Shown piece by piece: positions 9,064-19,141 of a DNA stretch of 64,000 bases. This DNA is from Nitrospinales bacterium (lineage in GTDB: Bacteria; Nitrospinota; Nitrospinia; Nitrospinales; VA-1). The stretch's first letter is position 1, and every line of letters begins with the position of its first letter. The stretch lies in the NCBI GenBank assembly GCA_965223345.1, contig CBDCWG010000012.1:3200001-3264000 (forward strand), in the 5' to 3' direction. Both the position numbers and the translations under genes were made by a program. The notes under the pieces were generated by a model. The model was not told the DNA's origin and did not search any database. It saw nothing but the letters and a program-made list of their open reading frames with translations.

Positions 9064-9828
9064 TCAACGCTTGAGGATGCTCTGGGAAAAGTATTTTTTG
9101 GGGATCTTCACGTCGAATTCGATCGTGTCGAACACGTAGGTGGTTTTGGTGTTTTCCTTGAGCGCGTCGCGGAAGATCATGCGGCGCGGGAACAGCCGCT
9201 CGCCCAGCGGCCGGTAATCGAGGAATTCCACCTTCTTGAGCAGCTTGCCGCCCTTGGCGTACAACTCCTCGCGGTGGACGATCTCCTTCACCGGGTCCAC
9301 CCACAGCCGACGGGTCTGGTAGGTCGTGGTCTTGTCGTGCGCGGTCAGAAACAGGACACAGCAATCGGGCGCGTCCCGCTCCCCTTCCAGGGTGGCGGCG
9401 TAGGCGGCGCTCAGCTTTTTGTCCTCCATCATGTCCTCGTAGGAAAGGTCGCTGCCCATCATCGACTGGCGCAGCATGTGCCCTGCGATCAGGATCTTGC
9501 GGTCGGTGCGCGGCGTGTACATCCACAGCTTGTCTTCGATCTTGAGCATCTTGGTGCCCTTCTCGCGCGGCGGCGACTTGTAATCGGTGAAGGAGCGCTC
9601 GACGCCTTGCATCCAGGCTTCCCAGGTGAGGGTGCGTTCCTTGCGGCCGTTGTCGATGATGAGCTTGCCTTCGATGTGCTTGGTGTTCGCCCACAGGTTG
9701 TCGTCGATCCGCTCGAGCAGTTGCTGCGGGTCTTCCTCCTGCGCGTGCAGGGAAACGGCGGTCAGGATCGCAACTGCGGCTGTCAATGCCAGCAGCCGGT
9801 GCGTGTGCTTGTGTGATGAAAACGTCAT
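9064..9828 (-). CDS. Outer-membrane lipoprotein-sorting (LolA-like) periplasmic protein
   Basis: P.REKGTKML, LWMYTP and MMGSDLSYED motifs, signal peptide, follows FtsX permeases. Confidence 0.85.
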   Translation of the reverse strand: MTFSSHKHTHRLLALTAAVAILTAVSLHAQEEDPQQLLERIDDNLWANTKHIEGKLIIDNGRKERTLTWEAWMQGVERSFTDYKSPPREKGTKMLKIEDKLWMYTPRTDRKILIAGHMLRQSMMGSDLSYEDMMEDKKLSAAYAATLEGERDAPDCCVLFLTAHDKTTTYQTRRLWVDPVKEIVHREELYAKGGKLLKKVEFLDYRPLGERLFPRRMIFRDALKENTKTTYVFDTIEFDVKIPKKYFSQSILKR

Positions 9829-9829
9829 G

Positions 9830-11131
9830 TCATCCGGCCTCCAGTTCCCGGAACAGACTCGCTTCGGAGCGTTTGAAAATACCGATGCTGGCGAAGAAAC
9901 TGCCGAGCAGGCTGGCGGTCAGGCCGGGAATCACTCCCAGGATGAACGCTTCGGCGCTCATGCGGCCACGCGCCACGTCGGTGAGCATCAATCCGGTCTG
10001 CGCAAAGGCATCGCCCATGTTGATCCCCACTTCCTGCAGGTAGTAGACGATGCTGCCGCCGATGACACAGCCGGCCAGCGAACCGAGAATGCCGATCATC
10101 AGCGCTTCGAGCCCGAGCATCGCCACCAGCTTCCAATGAGTCTGCCCCATGGCCAGCCACAACCCGAGCTCGCCGAAGCGGTGGATGACGTTGAGCACCC
10201 CCGCGTTCCACAGCACCAGCCCCATCAGCAGGATGAAGATTCCCACCAGGATTTTCTTGATCACTTCAAATATATCAGCGAGGCTCTGCAGGTTTCTTTG
10301 CTCGAGAATCGACAGGATGATCGGCTCGTCGTCCTTCGCCCAATCCGCCGGCGGGTCGGCGAGCAGCGGCGGCATGCGCGACTGGATGCCGTCTTTGATT
10401 CCCGCGTATTTCTTGTAGCCCACATTGTCCGGCAGGTAGCCGAGCCAGTCGGTGACCATGTCTTCCATGTAGAACGAATCCTGCGCGTCGGCGAGATCGA
10501 TCAACGCCATTTTCTTGTCCATCGCAAACACGCCGAAACGGATGATGCCCACGGCGGTGTAATTGTCCGCCGCCAGGCCGCCGTCGAAACTCTGCCCCAG
10601 CAGCGTCACCGTGTTTCCCGGCCGGATCTCCAGATCCTTCGCCAGCTCGTGGCCGACCAGCATCTCCTTGGGGTTTTGCGGCAGCCTGCCTTCTTCCAGC
10701 ACCTTCTCCAGATTGAAGCGTTCCTTTTCCGGGGAGCCGGGCGACAACAGGTCCAGAGCCATGCCGGTGACCGGCGTCTGGCTGCGCGTCTCTCCCTCAT
10801 CGTCGGGCACGTCCATGATGGCGCCCCAGCGGATGCGCGGTGACCACTGGATTCTCGGATCGCTGTTATCCTTGAGCCAGGCCCCGGTCTGCTTCTGCGC
10901 GGCGAGCGCCCGGTCCATCGGATTCAAAAACTCCTCTTCGTAAAACGGTTTGTTGACGAAGCGCAGGTGACCGGTGTCGAGGTTGGCGGTCATGTCGATC
11001 ATGTCCGCGAAATTGCCGTCGATGAAGCCGAGAAAAAACACCACCAGCGCGACGCCGACGGTCACCACGGAAAACGGAAACAGCGAGCGGGTCTTGTCGC
11101 GCAGAATGCCGGTGAGAATCCAGCGGATCAT
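9830..11131 (-). CDS. ABC transporter permease, FtsX/LolE-like
   Basis: N-terminal TM, large periplasmic domain, three C-terminal TMs, RFGELGLWLAMG motif. Confidence 0.88.
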   Translation of the reverse strand: MIRWILTGILRDKTRSLFPFSVVTVGVALVVFFLGFIDGNFADMIDMTANLDTGHLRFVNKPFYEEEFLNPMDRALAAQKQTGAWLKDNSDPRIQWSPRIRWGAIMDVPDDEGETRSQTPVTGMALDLLSPGSPEKERFNLEKVLEEGRLPQNPKEMLVGHELAKDLEIRPGNTVTLLGQSFDGGLAADNYTAVGIIRFGVFAMDKKMALIDLADAQDSFYMEDMVTDWLGYLPDNVGYKKYAGIKDGIQSRMPPLLADPPADWAKDDEPIILSILEQRNLQSLADIFEVIKKILVGIFILLMGLVLWNAGVLNVIHRFGELGLWLAMGQTHWKLVAMLGLEALMIGILGSLAGCVIGGSIVYYLQEVGINMGDAFAQTGLMLTDVARGRMSAEAFILGVIPGLTASLLGSFFASIGIFKRSEASLFRELEAG

Positions 11132-12297
11132 GTGATCCCCCTGCCGCGCAGCGCGAGTGTGGGATCGAGCCTGGAGATTTTGCGCACCGGCAGCCAGGAG
11201 ATCAGCACCATGATGGCGACGATGACCACGCCGGTCAGGACCACCTGCCAGGGAACGATGTCGAGGTACACCCGCTCGCGCACGGGGATGCTGGATTCGG
11301 CCAGGTGCGACACGTCGAGACCGACGCTTTGAAACCAGCCGAGAAACAGCGTGCCGAGAATGAGGGCGGCGAACACCGAGACGAACGCGGCGAGGCTGCC
11401 TTCCAGCGTGAACAGCCGCACGACCTGCCCCGGCGTCATGCCGAGCGCCATGAAGGTGCCGATCTCCTTCTGGCGCTTGAAGATGTTCGAGATCTGCGAA
11501 TTGAACACGCTGATGCCCGCCAGGAATATAAGAATGCCCCAGGTGATGCGGGCGTATTTCTTGTCCTGCTCCAGCAGGTTTATAAGATCGAACATCAGAT
11601 CTTCGACGCTGAGATACTCCAGCCCTGCGACCTCACCCTTTGGTTCGTCCACGGCGACCCAGGTCACCTCGTCGTGGCGCAGCGTCATGGCGCGCAGATG
11701 GTCGAGCCGGAGCCAGATGACCCCTTCGTCCACTCGTGCGTTGATGATGCGGGCCACATCGACGATCACCGCATCGCGCGCATCGACGACGCCGTTCTTG
11801 TCGCGCCATTTGAGGACGACGGTGTCGTCTTTCTTGAGGTGCGCTTTTCTCGCCATGGCGGTGCCCAGCACCACCGGCACCCGGTCGCCGACTTCGTCTC
11901 CCCATTCCGCCAGCCCCTGCAGGGGAACTTCCAAAAGCTTCTGCCCCATCTCGATGCCGCGCAGCTGCACCGGAAACAGCCTTCGGTTGGGAAAGATCTG
12001 GCCCTGCAGGATCAGCACTTCCGCTTTCTTATCCGCCGGCAGCGCGCGCAACGCCTGCGGAACCTTTAAGGTGTGGTCCTCCCATTCGGTGGGCGTCAGC
12101 AGGTCGAAGCCGGGAACGCGGTAGTGGCCGCCGGCCACGTCCACCCGCACCATGTTGCGGGTGGCCTGGGCCTGGAAGCCGTTGTACATGGAAACATTGA
12201 ACACGACGGTGACCATGGCGATGGCGGTCACCAGTACATTGAGAATGGAGCGCACACCCTGGCCGCAGAAATTCTTCCAGGCGATGTGCCAGATCAT
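11128..12297 (-). CDS. ABC transporter permease, FtsX/LolC-like
   Basis: Start MIWHIAWKN overlaps the ATPase stop. RQKEIGTFMALG motif, ends DPTLALRG. Confidence 0.88.
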   Translation of the reverse strand: MIWHIAWKNFCGQGVRSILNVLVTAIAMVTVVFNVSMYNGFQAQATRNMVRVDVAGGHYRVPGFDLLTPTEWEDHTLKVPQALRALPADKKAEVLILQGQIFPNRRLFPVQLRGIEMGQKLLEVPLQGLAEWGDEVGDRVPVVLGTAMARKAHLKKDDTVVLKWRDKNGVVDARDAVIVDVARIINARVDEGVIWLRLDHLRAMTLRHDEVTWVAVDEPKGEVAGLEYLSVEDLMFDLINLLEQDKKYARITWGILIFLAGISVFNSQISNIFKRQKEIGTFMALGMTPGQVVRLFTLEGSLAAFVSVFAALILGTLFLGWFQSVGLDVSHLAESSIPVRERVYLDIVPWQVVLTGVVIVAIMVLISWLPVRKISRLDPTLALRGRGIT

Positions 12298-13001
12298 TCG
12301 AGCACCCCGTCGCCGTTGCGTTTCTTGTCCCAGCAGACTCTTCCGTCTTCCAGCCCCACTTCCCGGTGCACGTATTTTGTGACCTTTTCGTCGTGCGTGG
12401 AAAAAATGAACGCGGCCTTGAGTTCCTTGTTGAGGGCGCGCATCAACTCCAGCACCTGATAGGAGTTTTCCGCATCCAGGTTGGCGGTGGGTTCGTCCGC
12501 CAGCACCAGGTTGGGTTTTTTGACGAGGGCGCGGGCGATGGCGACGCGCTGGCACTGACCGCCGGAAAGTTCCGCCGGTTTCTTGTTCGCCTGCGGACCG
12601 AGCCCGACTTTTTCCACCAGATCCATCACGCTGTCCTTCACCTGCGGCTCCTTGTCGCCGTTGAGCAGCAGGGGAAACAGCACGTTTTCGTAAACCGTAT
12701 ACACCGGCAGCAGATTGTAGGTCTGAAACACGAACCCCAGGTGCTGCCGCCGGTATTGGGCCAGCTCCTTACGCGTGAGATCGTTCAGGTTCAGATCTTT
12801 AAAGCGGATCGTGCCGGAGGTCGGCGTGTCCAGCCCGCCGATGAGGTTGAGCAGGGTGGTCTTCCCCGATCCGGAAGGACCGACGAAGGACATGAACGAG
12901 CCGGCTTCGATGTCCAGGCTGATTTCGTGCAGGGCCATGAAATCCTGGGCGCCGACGCGGTACACCTTGACGATCTTGTCGATGTGAATCAGTGGCGACA
13001 T
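12294..13001 (-). CDS. ABC transporter ATP-binding protein, LolD/MacB-like
   Basis: Walker A GPSGSGKT, signature LSGGQ, LADEPTANLD, STHD. Confidence 0.95.
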   Translation of the reverse strand: MSPLIHIDKIVKVYRVGAQDFMALHEISLDIEAGSFMSFVGPSGSGKTTLLNLIGGLDTPTSGTIRFKDLNLNDLTRKELAQYRRQHLGFVFQTYNLLPVYTVYENVLFPLLLNGDKEPQVKDSVMDLVEKVGLGPQANKKPAELSGGQCQRVAIARALVKKPNLVLADEPTANLDAENSYQVLELMRALNKELKAAFIFSTHDEKVTKYVHREVGLEDGRVCWDKKRNGDGVLE

Positions 13002-13024
13002 GCAGTGTGCGAACGAGAGAGGGA

Positions 13025-14206
13025 TCAGAAATAGGCGACCAGTGTCAGCCCGATGCGGGATTCGGAGCCGTTGAACACTTCGGTCTCTCTGAAGAGGCTG
13101 CCGAATTTTTCCCCGGACCGGGTCCTGCCGCCCCAGCGGCCGTCGAGATATAAAAATAGTTCATTGGTTATAGCATACTCTATCTGCGGGGCGATCTGGA
13201 AGGTTCCGTCGCGCAGGTCGTAAAGGGTGAACACCTGCCAGACGATGTCGATGCCGACGGGCTGATCGAACAGCAGGCCGAGCTGATGCAGGGTGCGGTT
13301 CAGGGTGGGATCGCGCGGTGTAAAACCTTTCTCGCGCGTGGAGAAAAAATATTCCAGCAGAACGTGCAGGCCGTCGCCGACATTGAAGGTGTAGTCGGCG
13401 CCCAGCACGGTGTCGAAGCGCACGGCGTCGCGGCCCTGCTTGAGTTCGACGTCGAACCGGCTCTCGTTCCAGTAGGCGATGTTTTTCTCGCCCTTGAAAT
13501 GATACCCGAGCTGCACCAGCTCCTGACCGAAATCGGGCAGGTCCTCAAGGTCGGTGCTGGGGTGGTACTGCACCACGAAACCGGTTTCCACATCTGCCAG
13601 CAGGCCTTCCCAGCGCAATCCGGTGATGACGTTTTCCTCCAGCTTGCCCGGCACCGCCCAGCCCTGGATGGAGGTCGTGTCGTCGAAAAAATAATCCGCG
13701 CGCAAGCCGTCCACGCCGCGGGTTTCGGGCACCACGCCGGTGACGTCGCGCGTGTCGAAAAAACCCAGGGGACGGAAGATGGCTCCCGCGCCGAACAGGA
13801 TCTTCTGCCGCCCTCCCCTCACCTTGGCCTTGTCGGTGCCGAACCGGAGCCAGGCGCGGAAAAAATCGATGTCGGTGGAGCGGCGCAGCCCGGACTGCAC
13901 GCTGGGGCCGTCGGCGAACTTGGCGTCACCGGACAGCTCGTAATCGAGGCTGTAGCGCTCGTTGCTCCAGGCGTTGCCGAGCACGCCGAGGCGCAGTTCG
14001 GCCTCGCTGTCGAAATCCTTGTGGTTGGGCGGGGAGTCGATGATGTAGGAGCTGCCGGCTTTCACCCGGCCTTCGAAAGCCCAGTCGAAGGCGAGGGATT
14101 CGGCATGCAATGACAAAACGAGTAAAACGGGAATGAAGACGTGCGCGAGGGTCAGGCGCGGGCGGCCTCGATGGCGGCTGCGATTTTTCTGCAAATGGAT
14201 TCCCAA
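13025..14206 (-). CDS. Putative outer-membrane beta-barrel protein (start uncertain)
   Basis: Signal peptide, amphipathic strands, GRQKILFG and GVDGLR segments, C-terminal AYF. Confidence 0.7.
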   Translation of the reverse strand: MGIHLQKNRSRHRGRPRLTLAHVFIPVLLVLSLHAESLAFDWAFEGRVKAGSSYIIDSPPNHKDFDSEAELRLGVLGNAWSNERYSLDYELSGDAKFADGPSVQSGLRRSTDIDFFRAWLRFGTDKAKVRGGRQKILFGAGAIFRPLGFFDTRDVTGVVPETRGVDGLRADYFFDDTTSIQGWAVPGKLEENVITGLRWEGLLADVETGFVVQYHPSTDLEDLPDFGQELVQLGYHFKGEKNIAYWNESRFDVELKQGRDAVRFDTVLGADYTFNVGDGLHVLLEYFFSTREKGFTPRDPTLNRTLHQLGLLFDQPVGIDIVWQVFTLYDLRDGTFQIAPQIEYAITNELFLYLDGRWGGRTRSGEKFGSLFRETEVFNGSESRIGLTLVAYF

Positions 14207-15306
14207 TTGTACGTTTCCAGGACCGCTTTGCGGCCGTTCTCCCCGAGGGTGCGGCGCTGCCCGGGATCTTCCATCAGCTCGACGATGGGCGGAATCCAGG
14301 CCTGCGCGTTTTGCGAGTGTATGAGTTTGCCACTTTGCGTGGACTGGATCAAGGCGTCCATCCCCCCGACCGCGTTGCTGACGATGGGTTTGCCGCAGGC
14401 CATGTAATCGAAAATTTTCAACGGGGAAATGCCGGGCTTGTCGGAAAAGGAGCCCAGGCAGATGTCGGCCGCATTGATATAATACGGCACTTCCTCAAAA
14501 AGTTTCTCGCCAAAAAGAGTGACGGTGTTTTCCAGGCCGTTTTCCCGCACCATCCGTTCCACCTGCGTGCGCTGCTCGCCCTCGCCCACGATCATGAGAT
14601 GGATGCCGGGGATCTTCTCTGCCAATGCGGGCATCGCGCCGACGATCTGATCGAGCCCGTGCCAGCGTTTGAGCGACCCAATGAAAATGAGATACGGATT
14701 GTCCGCCTCCAGGTGCAACTGCTCGCGGCAGCGCGCCTGATCCATCGGCTTGAACAGCTCGGGGTTCGCGCCGTTCGACACGACGCAAAAATGCTCGGGT
14801 TTGAGGCGGTACTCGCGGCAGAGGATTTCCTGCAGCTGGCCCGAGGAGGTCACCATCTTGTGGGCCATGCGGAACACGATGCGCTCCATGCGCCGGGTCA
14901 GCTTGATGACCCAGTCGGGATTGTCGTGGATCTTCTGCTCCACGAAAGAAAGTCCGTTGACTTCGATGACGTAGGTGAAGTCCAGCACGTAGCGCAGCCA
15001 GGTGACGAGCCACTCCATCTGTTGATGGCGGGTGTATACGACGTCGGGCCGCTGCCTGAAGTAGTGAGCGAGAAAATAAAACAACAGGAAGAAGTAGAAG
15101 GAGATGAAGGTCACGGCCGGGTGACGCCAGCCCACCGGAACGTAGACGGTCTGGATCCCCTCGGTTTCAGGCCGCGAGCCCATGTCCGGCACAAACAGGG
15201 TGACGGTGTGCCCGAGCCTGGCGAACTGGCGGCAGAATTCGGTGACGTGACGCGAACTCGCGTCCATGTAGGCGATGTCGATCCTGGCAAAATAGAAGAT
15301 GCGCAT
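14152..15306 (-). CDS. Glycosyltransferase family 4
   Basis: VVSNG, FIGSLKRWHG, SPLKIFDYMACGKPIV and YNWE motifs. Confidence 0.92.
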   Translation of the reverse strand: MRIFYFARIDIAYMDASSRHVTEFCRQFARLGHTVTLFVPDMGSRPETEGIQTVYVPVGWRHPAVTFISFYFFLLFYFLAHYFRQRPDVVYTRHQQMEWLVTWLRYVLDFTYVIEVNGLSFVEQKIHDNPDWVIKLTRRMERIVFRMAHKMVTSSGQLQEILCREYRLKPEHFCVVSNGANPELFKPMDQARCREQLHLEADNPYLIFIGSLKRWHGLDQIVGAMPALAEKIPGIHLMIVGEGEQRTQVERMVRENGLENTVTLFGEKLFEEVPYYINAADICLGSFSDKPGISPLKIFDYMACGKPIVSNAVGGMDALIQSTQSGKLIHSQNAQAWIPPIVELMEDPGQRRTLGENGRKAVLETYNWESICRKIAAAIEAARA

Positions 15307-15353
15307 GGCTGCGGTGGCGGGGACTCCTGGGCGCGGCGGGGGTTATCCCGGCC

Positions 15354-16382
15354 TCACGCGGGTTTGGAGGATTCGCTGACGATCTTCCATTGTCCGCCCT
15401 CTTTTTTCCAGATGAGGACCTTGTGACGGATATCGGAAAAACTGTCCGACTTGAAACTCTCGATGAAGGTCATCTCGATGGTGTCGCCCTTTTCCTGGAT
15501 GATGACGTCGTTCACCTCGACATGAATGCCGTTGTTCTGCTTCAAAAACTGCGCCCGGTTTTTCTGCCAGTCCTTGTAGGCCACCCCGTCGCCGGTGAAC
15601 TGGTTCGAGTAAAAGGAAAAGTACGCGTCCATCTGCTTTTTCTGCCAGGCCTGCAGCCAGACGAGAAACTGCGACAGCACCACGTCGATGGAATTTTCCG
15701 CATCGTCGTTCGCCGGCACCGCGGCCGGGGCCTGAGGTGGCTCGATTCGGGCGGTTTCGGTCTTTTCAGGTGCGGTCTTTTCGGGCTTAGGCGCCTGCTT
15801 TGCGGTCTGTTCTTTCGGTTCGGCTACGGGAATGGCGGGCACCGGCCTTACTTTGGCGATTTGCTCCGCTTCGGGTTCGGGTTTCGCTTCGGCCACCGCT
15901 TTGGGGGTCTCAGGCGATTCCTCGGCTTCGAGCATCGCAAGGACCTCCGGTTCGTCGCCCTCAAAAGCCGGTTTGATCACCGCGGGCTTTTTGACGACCG
16001 GTTTTTTCGCAACCCGTTGGGGTTTGTTCACCGGGGCGCCGTTCTGCGCCGAGGCGTTGCGGGTGCGCACGATAATAGGCTGCATTTTGTGCGACTCCAC
16101 CAGCGCGGCTTTGACCTGCACGGCTTCCTCGCGGGTGGCGTAGGGCCCCACGCGGACTTTGTACCAGAGATCGTTTGAGGAGGTTTCCACCGTGTAGGTG
16201 GTGTAGCCCTCCTTTTGCAGCTTGCGGACCAGCCGGTCTGCATTGGCCTTGATGCGGAAGGAGTTCAGTTGCAGGGCGAACGACGTCTCGGCCCCGTTGG
16301 AGACAGCCGGCGCAAACCACCCGCACACGAATATCAGCGCCCAAACGAAGGCTTTGGCGCTGCGCAGCGGGCTGGGGTCCAT
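15354..16382 (-). CDS. SPOR-domain protein with Pro/Ala/Glu linker and NTF2-like C-terminal domain (start uncertain)
   Basis: LQLNSF...WYKVRVGPY (SPOR). C-terminal WLQAW...YFSFYS...KVLIWKKEGGQWKIVSE resembles L,D-transpeptidase-associated C-terminal domains. Confidence 0.8.
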   Translation of the reverse strand: MDPSPLRSAKAFVWALIFVCGWFAPAVSNGAETSFALQLNSFRIKANADRLVRKLQKEGYTTYTVETSSNDLWYKVRVGPYATREEAVQVKAALVESHKMQPIIVRTRNASAQNGAPVNKPQRVAKKPVVKKPAVIKPAFEGDEPEVLAMLEAEESPETPKAVAEAKPEPEAEQIAKVRPVPAIPVAEPKEQTAKQAPKPEKTAPEKTETARIEPPQAPAAVPANDDAENSIDVVLSQFLVWLQAWQKKQMDAYFSFYSNQFTGDGVAYKDWQKNRAQFLKQNNGIHVEVNDVIIQEKGDTIEMTFIESFKSDSFSDIRHKVLIWKKEGGQWKIVSESSKPA

Positions 16383-16808
16383 TTTTTGAGATCGCATCGG
16401 GTCTGGCTGTCTGGCTGTCACGTTGAAGACTCCTCCATCCGGAATTCGGTTTTTCACTTCGGGCCGGTGCCGCACGCACCGCATGCGTCCGGAGCGTTGC
16501 TGGCAACTCCGTAGGCCCTAAGTTATCAATGTATTATATGGTAATTATTATATAATAGTTTGCGATCGGGAACAGCCAAAAAATGAAGGATTTTGCCCAA
16601 ACGGGTGAAAAAAGGCGGTCCCGGAGGTGCCCGCACTGCCCTGTGAAGGCGGCGGGAGCGGGCCGAATCGGGTCGAAAATGGCAGGAAAAGCGGGTCCGG
16701 CGGCGCGCCGCCGGGCGCGGCACGCATACTCAAAACCCATAAAAACAGGCTATTTACGGCATAAACCGAGATGTATCACCTGAACCTGAAGCCGCCGGCG
16801 GCCGGATG

Positions 16809-17297
16809 TTAAAGTAACTTCTTAAGGTAGGGCACCAGCTGGTTCGCCCCGACTCCCGGAGACCGGGCTTTCAGGACGCCGTCTTTGTCGATTATCAGAA
16901 TTGTCGGCATATCCCTTTGTTTATAGACTTTATGCACGGACTGGTCGGGATCCAGCAGATAGGTGAACTGCACCGGCTTGGGGAATCCATTCAGGTAGTC
17001 GGTCACCGCCTTTTTCGAGTCGCCGCTGGTGTTGATGCCGAGAATCACCAGGTCCTCGGAGGGGACCTGTTCGCGCACCTTGTTGAATTCCAGCGCCTGG
17101 TTCATGCAGGGGACGCAGATATGGAACATGCCGATCAGCACGACTTTGCCCTTGAGCGATTCCAGGGAAACCGGTTCGCCGCCGGCCACCGGGCTGAGGC
17201 TGAAGCCGGGCGCAGGGTCTCCGGCCGTGGGGGCCGCAGCCTGGACCGGAAGCGCGGATAAAAGAAAAATTGCCAGAAAACTCAATAATTTAGTCAT
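16809..17297 (-). CDS. TlpA-family redoxin
   Basis: APGFSL, LKGKVVL, HICVPC active site, MPTILIID, signal peptide. Confidence 0.85.
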   Translation of the reverse strand: MTKLLSFLAIFLLSALPVQAAAPTAGDPAPGFSLSPVAGGEPVSLESLKGKVVLIGMFHICVPCMNQALEFNKVREQVPSEDLVILGINTSGDSKKAVTDYLNGFPKPVQFTYLLDPDQSVHKVYKQRDMPTILIIDKDGVLKARSPGVGANQLVPYLKKLL

Positions 17298-17484
17298 AGG
17301 ATTATTTTGGGAATAAATTGGATAAACGGGTCTCTTATCTGGGTGAATTTGCTTTCATTTTAAATCAGCCCAAGCTGTCGGGAAAGTCTATTCGCACGAC
17401 ATTTTTTCGGCAACCCTCCCGTCCGTCATCGGGATTTTTCCGCATCCCGCCCTTTGTACCTCCAAAAGGGAAATTGCATCGACC

Positions 17485-17513
17485 TTGACAGCAAAACTTT
17501 GTTATTATATTAA
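17485..17513 (+). promoter_or_regulatory. Putative sigma70 promoter of the 17549 operon
   Basis: TTGACA (17485-17490) followed by 17 nt and TATTAA in an AT-rich tract. Confidence 0.5.
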
Positions 17514-17548
17514 AACAATAGTCCTTAAATTCTCCCGTATCCAAATCC

Positions 17549-18235
17549 ATGCAAAAACACCTATTGCTGATCTTTATTCTACTGGGATGGCCCGGTTTGG
17601 CCTATTCCGGCACCATCGAAGGCAAGGCCACGTATGCGGCTGACGTCGAACTGCCGAAAACGCTGAGCACCGGCAAGTACCGCAAGGCCTGCGGCCCCGA
17701 GGTCCCGAACGAAAAATTGCTTGTTGATAACAAAGGCCTGATGAATGTGGTTCTGTATCTCGAAGGCAAGATCCCCGGCGGGAAACCGGGGGTGCACAAA
17801 ATGAATCAGGACAAATGCCGCTACGAACCGCACGTCATGGTGATGATGCAGGGGGCGGAGCTTGAGATCACCTCCAGCGATCCGATCAACCACAACATCC
17901 ACACCTATTCGTTCGAGAACGACCCGATCAACATCATGTTCACGCCGGACCAGGAACCCTACACCCAGGAGATGGAAGAACCGGAAATCATCAAGGTGGA
18001 ATGCGACCTGCACCACTGGATGAGCGCCTGGATTCTGGTGACGGAAAATTCCTTTTCCGGCGTCTCCGGCAAGACCGGGGAATTTTCGATCCCGGACGTT
18101 CCGCCGGGAGAATACACGCTCAACGCCTGGCACGAGGTGTTGGGCAGTATCAGTAAAAAGATAAAAGTCGGTGACGGCGTCACCAAAGTTGATTTCGATT
18201 TTTCCAAAATGCCGCCCCAGCTTTCGAAAAAATAG
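17549..18235 (+). CDS. Exported carboxypeptidase-regulatory-like/cupredoxin-like protein (paralog 1)
   Basis: Signal peptide, HNIH...CDLHHWM, C-terminal GEFSIPDVPPGEYTLNAWHE. Confidence 0.8.
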   Translation: MQKHLLLIFILLGWPGLAYSGTIEGKATYAADVELPKTLSTGKYRKACGPEVPNEKLLVDNKGLMNVVLYLEGKIPGGKPGVHKMNQDKCRYEPHVMVMMQGAELEITSSDPINHNIHTYSFENDPINIMFTPDQEPYTQEMEEPEIIKVECDLHHWMSAWILVTENSFSGVSGKTGEFSIPDVPPGEYTLNAWHEVLGSISKKIKVGDGVTKVDFDFSKMPPQLSKK

Positions 18236-18289
18236 GTTGTTTCGATCGCCGGGTTTCCATAAAAATCCTGTTTTTGGAGTATACGGATC

Positions 18290-19141
18290 ATGAAAATCGC
18301 ACCCCGTCTTTTGCAAACGCTTCCCGCCCTGTTTGTATTCCTGCTGTTCGCAGCACCGGCAGGGGCCTATCAGGAGATCGAAGTCAAAAACGGGGGCACC
18401 ATTCAGGGCAAGGCTTCGCTGAAAGGCGCCATGCCGCCGCCGAGGTGGTATCACTTGGTGCTGTTTCCCAACATCGACATGTGCGCGGAAGTGGACACCG
18501 ATGAGAACATGAACCGGGTGCTGGACGATTTCAAAATTTCCGAGGGCGGCGGGCTCAAAGACGTCGTGATCACGCTGGAAAAAGTCGAAGCGGGCAAGCC
18601 TTGGAACAAGGAACCGATCATGATCGATTCGGAAGACTGCAAGTTCCTTCCGGATGTCAACGTCATCCGCCAGGGGGAATCCTTCAAGGTCAACAACGTC
18701 GATGCGGTCATGCACAACAGTCAGGTCTATCAGAAAGAGCGGGGAAAGATCATCCTGAACATCCCGATTCCGGCGGAAGAAGTGTCCGAAGGCATCGTGA
18801 CGTTCCAGAAGGATTACAAGATCATGCAGATGATCTGCGGCATGCACGAGTTCATGCAGACCTGGGGCTACCGGGTGCAGAACCCCTACTATTTCAAAAC
18901 CAGGATCGACGGCAATTACAAAATAGAGAACATCCCGCCCGGCGAGTACACCGTCAACGCGTGGCACTACCTGATGAAAATCAGGAGTAAAAAGATCACG
19001 GTCACCGAAAACGCCGTCATCGACCTGAATTTCGATTTCGACGGCAACGAAGTCGAACGGCCGCTGTACGAGACGATCAAATCGGGCCGCATCAAGCACG
19101 AGGCGTCTCAATACAAAGAAAAAGTCTTCGGCAGTAAATGA
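18290..19141 (+). CDS. Exported carboxypeptidase-regulatory-like/cupredoxin-like protein (paralog 2)
   Basis: Signal peptide, MHNSQ...CGMHEFM, GNYKIENIPPGEYTVNAWH. Confidence 0.8.
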   Translation: MKIAPRLLQTLPALFVFLLFAAPAGAYQEIEVKNGGTIQGKASLKGAMPPPRWYHLVLFPNIDMCAEVDTDENMNRVLDDFKISEGGGLKDVVITLEKVEAGKPWNKEPIMIDSEDCKFLPDVNVIRQGESFKVNNVDAVMHNSQVYQKERGKIILNIPIPAEEVSEGIVTFQKDYKIMQMICGMHEFMQTWGYRVQNPYYFKTRIDGNYKIENIPPGEYTVNAWHYLMKIRSKKITVTENAVIDLNFDFDGNEVERPLYETIKSGRIKHEASQYKEKVFGSK

